From Octopus sinensis (taxonomy: Eukaryota): a stretch of 64,000 nt of DNA. This document shows, piece after piece, positions 35,953 to 46,751 of the stretch (positions are counted from its first letter, which is position 1; each line of letters starts with the position of its first letter). The stretch is from contig NW_021832282.1 in NCBI RefSeq assembly GCF_006345805.1, positions 1 through 64,000 of the forward strand, in the 5' to 3' direction. The notes below the pieces were generated by a model. The model searched no databases, was not told where the DNA came from, and worked only from the letters and a program-made list of their open reading frames with translations. The position numbers and the translations under genes were made by a program.

Positions 35953-37530
35953 ATGGAAGCTGGTGACAATATTCAAGAATTGATTTTTCCGGAAATCCTA
36001 ACTGAAGGGATAAAGAAATCTTTATACCCTTGCAGTGTCTGTGGGAAGTATTTCGCTCAGAAAGGTAACTTAACGACTCACATGCGAAGTCATACAGGCG
36101 AGAAACCATATCACTGTAATATCTGTGGTAAATCGTTTTCCGGAAGCAGTAACTTTGCTAAGCACCGGCGTATCCATACAGGGGAGAAGCCGTATCACTG
36201 TGACGTGTGCGGAAAATCGTTCACCGAGAAAGGGGTATTGATTAAGCACCAGCGTATTCATACGGGAGAGAAGCCGTATAAGTGTAACGTGTGCGGAAAA
36301 TCGTTCTCTCGGAATGGCGAGGTAACTGTTCATCAGCGTATTCATACTGGAGAGAAACCTTATCATTGCGAAGTTTGCAGTAAATCGTTTGCGAGAAACG
36401 GCGAAGTGATTATACACCGGCGTATCCATACGTTGGAGAAGCCATACAAATGCCACGTCTGCGGAAAGGCTTTCTCTGAAACTGGGCATTTAACTACACA
36501 CATCCGCGTCCATACTGGAGAGAAACCATATCACTGTGACATCTGTGGTAAACGCTTCTCGCACGGAAATACCTTAGCGATACACAGGCGCATTCATTCA
36601 GGTGAGAAGCCGTATAACTGTAAAGTCTGCGGTAAATCGTTCTATGAAAATGGAATTTTAAGCAAGCACAAGTGTGTCCATGCGGGAGAGAAGTCCTTTC
36701 AGTGCGATATTTGCGGGAAATCCTTTGCTGCGAATGGGGTTTTGAAGAAACACCAGCATGTTCATACCGGGGAGAAACCCTATCATTGCGATATTTGTGG
36801 TAAAGCTTTCTCTTTGAGCCATCATTTGATCAAACACAGACACATTCATACAGGTGAGAGACCGTATCATTGTGATACCTGTGGGAAATCGTTTTCTGGA
36901 AATAGCGACTTGACCAGGCATAAGCGTATTCATACAGGCGAGAGGCCGTATCAGTGTGAAATCTGTGATAAATCTTTCTCCGAAAGCGGCCACTTGACCA
37001 TCCACATACGCATTCATACAGGTGAGAGGCCGTATCATTGTGACGTCTGTGGGAAATCGTTCTCTGAGAATGGAGTCTTGACCAAACACAAACGTATTCA
37101 TACAGGCGAGAAGCCATACCACTGTGATTTCTGCGGGAAATCGTTCACGCAAAACGGTGTCTTAACAAAACACAAGCTAATTCATATCGAAGAGAAACCG
37201 TATCACTGTGGGTTCTGTGGCGAATCGTTCTCAGAAAGCAGCGAATTAACCAAACACAGGGAATCTCATTCTTCAGAGAAAAAGTTCCACTGTGACATCT
37301 GTGGTAAATCTTTCTTCACGGTCAGTCAGTTGTCCGTACACACCCGTATTCATACAGGAGAGAAGCCATTTCGCTGTGATATCTGTGGCAAAGCATTTTC
37401 GAAAAACGGCGTCTTGACCACTCACATGCGTATTCACACCTCAGAGAAACCCTACAGTTGTGACATCTGTGGAAAAGCCTTCTCTCAGAAGTCTAATCTA
37501 ACAAGACATGTTAATATTCACACAGCATAG
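35953..37530 (+). CDS. Poly-C2H2 zinc-finger protein, 18 fingers
   Basis: 18 consecutive C-x2-C-x12-H-x3-H units with TGEKPY-type linkers. ATG at 35953 (the track starts 51 nt earlier at a TTG); stop TAG 37528-37530. Confidence 0.95.
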   Translation: MEAGDNIQELIFPEILTEGIKKSLYPCSVCGKYFAQKGNLTTHMRSHTGEKPYHCNICGKSFSGSSNFAKHRRIHTGEKPYHCDVCGKSFTEKGVLIKHQRIHTGEKPYKCNVCGKSFSRNGEVTVHQRIHTGEKPYHCEVCSKSFARNGEVIIHRRIHTLEKPYKCHVCGKAFSETGHLTTHIRVHTGEKPYHCDICGKRFSHGNTLAIHRRIHSGEKPYNCKVCGKSFYENGILSKHKCVHAGEKSFQCDICGKSFAANGVLKKHQHVHTGEKPYHCDICGKAFSLSHHLIKHRHIHTGERPYHCDTCGKSFSGNSDLTRHKRIHTGERPYQCEICDKSFSESGHLTIHIRIHTGERPYHCDVCGKSFSENGVLTKHKRIHTGEKPYHCDFCGKSFTQNGVLTKHKLIHIEEKPYHCGFCGESFSESSELTKHRESHSSEKKFHCDICGKSFFTVSQLSVHTRIHTGEKPFRCDICGKAFSKNGVLTTHMRIHTSEKPYSCDICGKAFSQKSNLTRHVNIHTA

Positions 37531-37717
37531 TAACTGTATCAGTGTCAAAATTTATTCTACAACGTACAACAACAAACATTTTCACAGCATTTTCTCTGTT
37601 AATTCCTTTGTTATCATAATCCTGTTGAAATACATTGTCTTTATTTCAATTTATTTTGGAATTAATGAAGAATTTGGTATAAATATTACGGAGATGTACT
37701 TGCATAGCAAGTGACCT

Positions 37718-37885
37718 GATCTGAGATCGTGTGCTGGAACGAAAACAATTGCAGCGTGGAAGGTGTTTGTAAGCCATTTAAGAAACACACAAAAGCCGTT
37801 CGATTCACTTCAACATTTAAATTTAATTTGTCAAAATATTTTCGTCACTTTAAGACCGCGACCTGTTCACTGACAAAATTCCATG

Positions 37886-37923
<38 letters not shown>

Positions 37924-38060
37924 GCAACGTGGAAGGTGTTTATAAGCCATTTAAGAAACACACAAAAGCCGTTCGATTCACTTCAACATTTAAGTTTAAT
38001 TTGTCAAAATATTTTCCTCGCTTTAAGACTGCGACCTGTTCACTGACAAAAATCCGTGCT
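37718..38060. repeat. About 170-bp tandem duplication of a dispersed repeat
   Basis: Copies at about 37745 and 37921; a related copy at about 23630. Confidence 0.75.
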
Positions 38061-38160
38061 GCAATCATTACTAAGCTGGTGTTTGGAACATAAATTAACA
38101 TAAATTAATATGAAATTTTGATGGAAGGTCTTAATCTGGATCACTTTAACCCTTTTGTTA

Positions 38161-38465
38161 GTGGAGGCACATGGCCTAGTGGTTAGAGCAGCGGACTCGC
38201 GATTGAGGGATCGTGGGTTTGAATCTCAGACCGGGCGTTGTGTGTGTTTATGAGCGAAAACACCTAAGTTCCACGCGGCTCCGGCAGAAGGTAATGGCGA
38301 ACTTCTGCTGACTCTTTTGCCACAACTTTCTCTCAGCTTTTCTTCCTGCATCTTGCAGCTCACCTGCGACGGACCGGCGTCCCATCCAGGTGGGGAACCT
38401 ATACGCCAAGGAAACCGGCCCTATGAGCCACGCATGGCTTGAGAAGGAACAACAACAAACAACCC
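38161..38465 (+). mobile_element. SINE family C
   Basis: Homologous to 11173-11477. Confidence 0.9.
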
Positions 38466-38477
38466 TTTTGTTACCAT

Positions 38478-38700
38478 TCCAGTGGCACATAAAAAGCACC
38501 AACTGATCGTGGCTGTTTGCCGGCCTCCCCTGGCACCTGTGTCGGTGGCATGTAAAAAGCACCCACTACACTCACGGAGTGGTTGGCGTTAGGAAGGGCA
38601 TCCAGCTGTAGAAACACTGCCAGATCAGACTGGGCCTGGTGCAGCCTCCTGGCTTCTCAGACCCCGGTCAAACTGTCCAACCCATGTCAGCATGGAAAAC
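38478..38700 (+). mobile_element. Retroposon family D, partial
   Basis: Family D motif. Confidence 0.7.
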
Positions 38701-38703
38701 AGA

Positions 38704-38905
38704 TACTCTTTTACTTGTTTCAGTCATTTGACTGTGGCCATGCTGGAGCAATGCCTTTAGTCAAGCAAATCGACCCCAGGACTTATTCTTTGTAAGCCTA
38801 GTACTTATTCTATCGGTCTCTTTTGCCGAACCGCTAAGTGACGGGGACGTAAACACACCAGCATCGGTTGTCAAGCGATGTTGCGGGGACAAACACAGAC
38901 ACACA
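38704..38905 (-). mobile_element. SINE A, 3' half
   Basis: Matches family consensus. Confidence 0.85.
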
Positions 38906-39109
38906 AAGATGTTGAATGATGATGATGATGATTTCTGTTGAAATACTTTACCTATCATCCATTTATGCGACACCAGAGTGCATTCACATGTCAATTTGTA
39001 TGACACCGGTATCTGCCTTGACTGTGATTTTGCTTAGCTTGATAGATTTTCTTCTCAAGCACGACATAATGCCAAGTCTTGGTCATTGCCTCCGTGAGGC
39101 CCAACACTT

Positions 39110-39475
39110 AAAAGGAATTATTTCAATTGATTTTGAAAATAACGAAAAAATTAATGAAATATAGTAAAATAACATTGTCACTATTAAGCTGGTTTTTGAA
39201 ACATAAATTAGCATAAATTAACATAAATTAACATAAAATTTTAATGGAAGGTTTCAACTGGGATCACTTTAACCCTTTCGTTACCATACTTCTGTTGAAA
39301 TCCACTGCCTTTATTTCAATTAATTTTGAAGATAACGAAGGATTTAGTAAAATAACTTTGTCATTAAGTGGCTGTTTGGAACATAAATTAACATGAATCA
39401 ACATGGAAGGTTTCAACTTGGATCACTTTAACCCTTTTGTTACCATACTTCTGTTGAAATATGCTGCTTTTGTTT
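39110..39475. repeat. About 160-bp tandem units of a dispersed repeat (TTAACCCTTT..)
   Basis: Motif at 39269 and 39428; related copy at about 38060-38160. Confidence 0.7.
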
Positions 39476-39931
39476 TATTTAATTCAATCAGAAACTAATT
39501 AAAGTTAGGGAGTTACAGCTGTAAAACATTTTTTTTTTGTGTACATAAATATATTTTGCTTACATTTGAATGTTTATAAATAAATATATAACATCTGTAT
39601 ACTTGTGTTGATCTTAATCAGTGGGGTGGGTCACCAGATTATGGCCCGTGGGCTGGATCCAGCTCGTGAGGTCAGTTTGTCAGGCACACCACTGCTCTGT
39701 ACTTTTGTGTAAGTAAGTACCTGCATTTGCATCTGGTATGGCATCAGTGTTTGGAACAACTTATGTCTGTGAGCAAAAAATTTTCAATAATGAAGTATGT
39801 GAAGTCCGCACATCGAACGAGGTCGACCAATGAACATTTAAAAGCCATTATATATATGTGTATATGTATATATATATGTATGTATGTATATATATATGTG
39901 TGTGTATGTGTATATATATATATATATATAT

Positions 39932-40250
39932 ATACAAAATGAGAAAATGGAGAAATATATCTAAATCAATCATCAACTATCAGATAATACCCAATCAATA
40001 CTTTATTAAACCATTACACAATAGCAATGATGTTATACATTAATATAGTACAAATATAACAAGACATGAAACAGCTGTCAGCTACTATGTAAATGTATTT
40101 CTATTTCTATTTCTATGTCTTGTTATATTTGTACTATATTAATGTATAATATCATTGCTATTGTGTAATGGTTTAATAAAGTATTGATTGGGTATTATCT
40201 GATGGTTGATGATTGATTTAGGTATGTTTCTCCATTTTCTCATTTTGTAT
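39932..40250. repeat. Long inverted repeat, arms about 135 bp
   Basis: 39932-40067 is the reverse complement of 40115-40250, with a few mismatches. Confidence 0.9.
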
Positions 40251-40413
40251 TATTAATTTACGGTAATAATTTTACCTTTGCCCACATAATACAGTAAATG
40301 AATTAATTGCATCGCAATTTTTAACATTTATGTATTAGCTTTGTTGGGTACTTCTCTAGCAGTATATTGGATATATTTTATCCCATGGAGGGTTGAATTT
40401 ACAACCCCTATCT

Positions 40414-40452
<39 letters not shown>

Positions 40453-40500
40453 GATATATAGATAAATGAAAGAATGGAGTCGAATGACGATTTAACAAAA

Positions 40501-40599
40501 TTCCTTTATTCTCGACATATGTTTCGAAGACTGCATATTCTTAATTCCGAAGGAATAAAGGGTGCATTATGCCGTCTTCTCATCAGGAAAGACAAGGAA
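40501..40599 (-). ncRNA. Type I hammerhead ribozyme, intact core
   Basis: CUGAUGA (40586-40580), stem II GAAGAC/GUCUUC, GAAA, short palindromic stem III AC-AUAU-GU, GUC cleavage triplet, stem I UUUC/GAGA plus UUCCUU/AAGGAA. Confidence 0.8.
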
Positions 40600-40904
40600 C
40601 TTATGTCAGCATCATGACGAACAAAAACTTTTAGATGACTGCCCACACGGAGTCCATAGTGACTCCATTCTTTCATTTATCTATAGTAAAAAAACACACA
40701 AATTTCCACACGAAAGCACGTGATTTCTGCCCTTGGCATGTAGCTTCAACTGTCCTTTCTGACGTAAATTTGCTACCCAGGTATCGGTTAACCGAATTAT
40801 CCATACTAGGATAATTCATTCAACTACTTAAACATATATCTATATATATATAACCAGCCTACTTATACGTACCTTTCTTTCATTTGACAATAAAATTTGC
40901 TTTC

Positions 40905-41362
40905 AAAGACCTGTTGAAGCAAGTGAAATCACAATCAAAATCAATTTTACTGATGACAGCACCGCATGACTGGCATCCGTGCCAGTGGAACATTAAAAGC
41001 ACCATCCGAGTGTGATCTTTGCCTGGGCCACTGACTGGCCCCAGTGCTGGTGGCACTTTGAAAGCACCAACATTTGAGCGAAGTCGTTGCCAGTGCCGCT
41101 GGACTGGCTCCTGTGCAGGTGGCACATAAAAAAAACACCATTTGAGCATGGCCGTCGCCAGTACCACCTGACTGGCTCTCGTGCCGGGGGTATATAAAAG
41201 CACCCACTTCTCAGAGTGGTTGGCTTTTGGAAGGGCATCCAGCTGTAGAAACCCTGCCAGATCAGATTAGAGCCTTGGTGCAGCCATCTGGCTCGCCAGA
41301 CCTCATTCAAATCATCCAACCCATGCCAGCATGGAAAGCGGACATTAAACGATGATGATGAT
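40905..41362 (+). mobile_element. Retroposon family D
   Basis: Internal gtgccagtgg repeats and (GAT)n tail. Confidence 0.75.
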
Positions 41363-41412
41363 ACCCCCATATATACTCAAACACACATTATATATACATG
41401 TATATATATATA

Positions 41413-41594
41413 ATAAATTAGAGATAAAACCACTATTAGGCAAATCAAAATATAAACCAAAACATAGAAATAAAATTAATTAATATAATATACAAAATAT
41501 ATTTTGTATATTATATTAATTAATTTTATTTCTCTGTTTTGGTTTATGTTTTTCACTGTTTGATTTGCCTAATTGTGGTTTTATCTCTAATTTA
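41413..41594. repeat. Palindrome, arms about 85-95 bp
   Basis: Centred on TACAAAATATATTTTGTA (about 41500). Confidence 0.85.
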
Positions 41595-41609
41595 ATATAT
41601 ATATATATA

Positions 41610-41802
41610 CTCTTACTTGTTTCAGTCATTTGACTGCGGCCATGCTGGAGCACCGCCTTTAGCCAAACAACTCAACCCCGGGACTTATTCTTTGTAAGCT
41701 CAGTACTTATTCTATCGGTCTCTTTTGCCGAACTGCTAAGTGACGGGGACATAAACACACCAGCATCGGTTGTCAAGCAATGCTAGGGGGACAAACACAT
41801 AA

Positions 41803-41860
<58 letters not shown>

Positions 41861-42024
41861 CGACGGGCTTCTTTCAGTTTCCGTCTAGCAAATCCACTCA
41901 CAAGGCTTTGGTCGGCCTGAGGCTATAGTAGAAGACACTTGCCCAAGGTGCCACGTGGTGGGACTGAACCCGGAACCATGTGGTTGGTAAGCAAGCTACT
42001 TACCACACAGCCACTCCTGCGCCT
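41610..42024 (-). mobile_element. SINE A
   Basis: Matches family consensus. Confidence 0.9.
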
Positions 42025-42134
42025 ATAAATATATATATATATATTTATACTGTAAAATTAGATTTAATCCTAAATCTAATTTTTCCCTGTAAGTTTGGAT
42101 TTACTCCCTAATATTATTACTATTATTATACACT

Positions 42135-42440
42135 GCGTGGCATCTTGGGCAAGTGTCTTCTGCTATAGCCCCGGGCCGACCAATGCCTTGTGAGTGGATT
42201 TGGTAGATGGAAACTGAAAGAAGCCTGTCGTATATATGTATGCGTGTGTGTGTTTGTCCCCCTAGCATTGCTTGACAACCGATGCTGGTGTGTTTATGTC
42301 CCCATTACTTAGCGGTTCGGCAAAAGAGAGCGATAGAATAAGTACTGGGTTTACAAAAGAATAAGTCCCGGGGTCGATTTGCTCGACTAAAGGCGGTGCT
42401 CCAGCATGGCCGCAGTCAAATGACTGAAACCAATAAAGGA
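42135..42440 (+). mobile_element. SINE A, head-truncated
   Basis: Matches family consensus. Confidence 0.85.
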
Positions 42441-42472
42441 GTATGTATATATATAGGTAGATAGATGGATGT

Positions 42473-42841
42473 GGAAGCACTCCGTCGGTTACAACGACGA
42501 GGGTTCCGGTTGATCCGAATCAACGGAACAGCCTGCTCGTGAAATTAACGTGTAAGTGGCTGAGCACTCCACAGACACGTGTACCCTTAACGTAGTTCTC
42601 GGGGATATTCAGCGTGACACAGAGAGTGACAAGGCCGGCCCTTTGAAATACAGGTACAACAGAAACAGGAAGTAAGAGTGAGAGGAAGTTGTGGTGAAAG
42701 AGTACAGCAGGGATCACCACCATCCCCTGCCGGAGCCTCGTGGAGCTTTTAGGTGTTTTCGCTCAATAAACACTCACAACGCCCGGTCTGGGAATCGAAA
42801 CCGCGAGTCCGCTGCCCTATCCACTGGGCCATTGCGCCTCC
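42473..42841 (-). mobile_element. SINE family B
   Basis: Reverse complement of 3614-3997. Confidence 0.9.
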
Positions 42842-42902
42842 ATAGATAGATAGGTAGATAGATAAACAACAGAAAATGCAATGAACAACATTCTTTATTT
42901 AA

Positions 42903-43010
42903 AATCACTACAATTGTTTCAACACCTTTTTACACCTCAAGTATATTGGCAAGATGTTGTGTAATCCTTGTCATCTTTCCAAGGTGTAGAAGGCATCTCC
43001 TCCAGTGATT
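42903..43010 (-). ncRNA. Degenerate hammerhead relic
   Basis: Stem I AAUCAC/GUGAUU, GAAAC-AAUU-GUA present, but the first core box reads UGGAGGA instead of CUGANGA. Confidence 0.35.
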
Positions 43011-43086
43011 GTTTAAATAAGTCCTTCTTCACTAGATCCTGCTGTCATTTCGTTCAGTTAAAGAATGCGTACTCAAAATAAACAGT

Positions 43087-43482
43087 CAGGAGTGGCTGTG
43101 TGGTAAGTAGCTTGCTAACTAACCACATGGTTCCAGGTTCAGTCCCACTGCGTGGCATCTTGGGCAAGTGTCTTCTGCTATAGCCTCGGGCCGACCAATG
43201 CCTTGTGAGTGGATTTGGTAGACGGAAACTGAAAGAAGCCTGTCGTATATATGTATGTATGTATATATATATATATGTGTGTGTGTTTGTCCCCCTAGCA
43301 TTGCTTGACAACCGATGCTGGTGTGTTTACGTCCCCGTCACTTAGCAGTTCGACAAAAGAGACCGATAGAATAAGTACTGGGCTTACAAAGAATAAGTCC
43401 CGGGGTCGAGTTGCTAGATTAAAGGCGGTGCTCCAGCATGGCCGCAGTCAAATGACTGAAACAAGTAAAAGAGTAAAAGAGT
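43087..43482 (+). mobile_element. SINE A
   Basis: Matches family consensus. Confidence 0.9.
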
Positions 43483-43619
43483 CATTTTCAGCAGTTTACA
43501 GACAGAACTAAACCTAATGATATAGCGGCAGACAATATACAATTATAACCAAAATACACAATGAGTATCATGCTGGCATGGGTCATATATGTGTGTGTAT
43601 ATCTCTCTTTCTTTCTTTC

Positions 43620-43832
43620 TTTCTTTTACTTGTTTCAGTCATTTGACTGCGGCCATACTGGAGCACCGCCTTTAATAGAGCATCTCGACCCCGGGATTTA
43701 TTCTTTTGTAAGCCCAGTACTTATTCTATCGATCTCTTTTGCCAAACCGCTAAGTAATGGGGACGTAAACACACCAGCATCGGTTGTCAAGCAATGCTGG
43801 GGGGACAAACACAGACACACACATACATATAT

Positions 43833-43882
<50 letters not shown>

Positions 43883-44522
43883 TCCGTAATAATGAAGGGT
43901 GAAATTAATTAATTTGGAATAATTATCAATTACACCAAGTAGTCTTCGGCATGTAAAAGCCTCATTCGAGGAAAATTTAAGTAATACTAAGCAATAAAGG
44001 GTTTAGCAACGAATTGCCTTACCACATACCGAATTTAGAAATAGCAGTCAAAGAGTTATAGCTATTTCTTCTACTAAAAAGGGAGATCTCAGTAAAAACA
44101 GCAATTGGAAGGCAGACACAAACAGGTAAGAGAGAATGAATTGACGGCAAACTTAAAATTGTATGATAGATTGCCGTCAATTCATTCTCTCTTACCTGTT
44201 TGTGTCTGCCTTCCAATTGCTGTTTTTACTGAGATCTCCCTTTTTAGTAGAAGAAATAGCTATAACTCTTTGACTGCTATTTCTAAATTCGGTATGTGGT
44301 AAGGCAATTCGTTGCTAAACCCTTTATTGCTTAGTATATATATATATATATATATATATGACAGGCTTCTTTCAGTTTCCGTCTACCAAATCCATTCACA
44401 AGGCATTGGTCGGCCCGGGGCTATAGCAGAAGACACTTGCCCAAGATGCCACGCAGTGGGACTGAACCCGGAACCATGTGGTTGGTAAGCAAGCTACTTA
44501 CCACACAGCCACTCCTGCGCCT
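43620..44522 (-). mobile_element. SINE A split by an insertion in its central (TA)n
   Basis: 3' half 43620-43830 and 5' half 44358-44522 flank unrelated sequence 43878-44337. Confidence 0.85.
43984..44337. repeat. Apparently perfect inverted repeat, 167-bp arms, 20-nt spacer
   Basis: Arms 43984-44150 and 44171-44337; the track shows near-identical ORFs on both strands. Confidence 0.95.
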
Positions 44523-44536
44523 ATATATATATATAT

Positions 44537-44769
44537 AATTAAATATAATTAAGGGTTTAGCAACAAGTTACTTCACCACATACTGAAACTTTAGAAATAG
44601 CAGCCAAAGACAACTAATTCCTTTTCACTAGAGATATGTCTCCATAGATAACAGTTATCCATGGAGTCATATCTCTAGTGAAAAGGAATTAGTTGTCTTT
44701 GGCTGCTATTTCTAAATTTTCAGTATGTTGTGAAGCAACTTGTTGCTAAACCCTTAATTATATTTAATT
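44537..44769. repeat. Palindrome, 116-bp arms
   Basis: Centre at 44653; outer 60 bp related to the 43984 element. Confidence 0.9.
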
Positions 44770-44911
44770 TTATATATATATATATAAACAGATGAGTGGT
44801 ACAAAAAGGCACCAATATTTAGTGGAAAATAGCAATCGATACAAATACGATGCTATTATATAGCTTCACTGTGTATATACTCCTTCTTTATATATATATG
44901 TTACTATCTCC

Positions 44912-44952
<41 letters not shown>

Positions 44953-45014
44953 CGTGACCGACCAGGTTATCAGATGTTGCTACACATCGCTGGTCACAAT
45001 GCGCTTCGCATTGT

Positions 45015-45250
45015 TTTAGCGTTCAAATGATGCCACCCTGCTGGTTAAGCGAGCAGGCCAACAGAAGAAAGAGTGAGAGAAAGTTATGGTGAAAGAATAC
45101 AGCAGGGATCACCACCACCCCCTGCTGGAGCCTCGTGGAACTCTTTAGGTGTTTTCGCTCAATAAACACACACAGTGCTCGGTCTGGGAATCGAAACCAT
45201 GATCCTCCGACCACGAGTCCGCTGCCCCTAACCACTAGGCCATTGCGTTT
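45015..45250 (-). mobile_element. SINE B/C-related partial copy
   Basis: Shares the head and the ccctgctgtactctttcaccacaactttctctcactc segment. Confidence 0.7.
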
Positions 45251-45251
45251 C

Positions 45252-45284
<33 letters not shown>

Positions 45285-45287
45285 GGT

Positions 45288-45515
45288 GGCGAGCTGGCAG
45301 AAACGTTAGCACGCCGGGCGACCTGCGTAGCCGTATTTCATCTGTCGTTACGTTCCGAGTTCAAATTCCGCCGAGGTCGACTTTGCTTTTCATCCTTTCG
45401 GGGTCGATAAATTAAGTACCAGTTACGCACTGGGGTCGATGTAATCGACTTAATCCCTTTGTCTGTCCTTGTTTGTCCCTCTGTTTTTAGCCCCTTGTGG
45501 GTAGTAAAGAAATAT
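45288..45515 (+). mobile_element. SINE family E, full length
   Basis: Head GGCGAGCTGGCAGAAACGTTAGC plus central domain. Confidence 0.85.
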
Positions 45516-45844
45516 GTATATGGTGTAAACAATGACATGAAGACAAGATAAAAAAAAAACCAAACAGGAAATAGGAGAAAATAGAAGGGAAAGTCTTTTA
45601 TGTTTTGAGCATACACTCCTCATCTGAGTGCATGTGTTAGTGTAACTGTTTGTTGATCTTGAGCAAATGAAAGACACAGGCAAATGTGCATGTGTATTCA
45701 GCAATCACCAGTACATGGAAAACAATATCATCAGTAAATTTTTAGCATCCCTTTGTGTGTGTGTATGTATGTATGTGTGTGTGTATGTATGCATGTACTA
45801 TGTATGTATGTATGTATGTACTATGTATGTATGTATGTATGTAT

Positions 45845-46230
45845 TACTCTTTTACTTGTTTCAGTCATTTGACTGCAGCCATGCTGGAGCACCGCCTTTA
45901 GTCGAGCAAATCGACCCCGGGACTTATTCTTTTGTAAGCCCAGTACTTATCCTATCGGTCTCTTTTGCCGAACCGCTAAGTGACGGGGACGTAAACACAC
46001 CAGCATTGGTTGTCAAGCAATGCTAGGGGGACAAACACACACATATATACATATATATATATATATACGACAGGCTTCTTTCAGTTTCTGTCTACCAAAT
46101 CCACTCACAAGGCATTGGTCGGCCCAGGGCTATAGCAGAAGACACTTACCCAAGATGCCACGCAGTGGGACTGAACCCGGAACCATGTGGTTGGTTAGCA
46201 AGCTACTTACCACACAGCCACTCCTGCGCC
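45845..46230 (-). mobile_element. SINE A
   Basis: Matches family consensus. Confidence 0.9.
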
Positions 46231-46507
46231 TATATGTATGTATGTATGTATGTATGTGTGTGTGTGTATGTATGTATGTGTGTGTTTGTATGTATGTGTG
46301 TGTGTTTGTATGTATGTGTGTGTGTGTGCGTGTATGTGTGTGTATGTGTGTATGTATGTATGTATGTATGTATGTATGTGTGTGTGTATGTATGTGTGTG
46401 TATGTATGTATGTATGTATGTGTGTGTATGTATGTATGTATGTATGTATGGGTGTATGTGTGTGTGTGTATATATATATGTATGTATGTATGTATATAGA
46501 AAGATAC

Positions 46508-46725
46508 ATAAGGGAGGTCTGAAAAGTTCCCGACTTTGAGGGTATTGCAAATGACCTGGTTGGAGGCCCATCCTCCCGAGTTCTTTAACAGGGCTTAGAA
46601 AAACTGAAGGACTGCTGCAATAAATGTGTGAATCTGAGGGGAGAATATGTTGAATAAAATCATAATTAACTGATCCTCCTGTATTTTCTTTTACCCAAAA
46701 CCAGGAACTTTTCAGCACCCCGCTC
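46508..46725 (+). mobile_element. Non-autonomous mariner MITE
   Basis: TIR-like G(T)GCTGAAAAGTTCC / GGAACTTTTCAGCACCC; retains the transposase C-terminal codons (..GEYVE stop). Confidence 0.75.
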
Positions 46726-46751
46726 TTGTTTGTGTGTGTGTGTATAGATAC

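Noticed and set aside
36070-37152. Antisense ORFs overlapping the ZNF genes (also 49967-52066)
   Set aside because: Shadow ORFs caused by repetitive finger codons; no independent coding signal.
43935-43985. Minus-strand CGAATGA-GGC..GCC-GAAG, hammerhead-like
   Set aside because: Both core boxes deviate and no stems I or III could be built.
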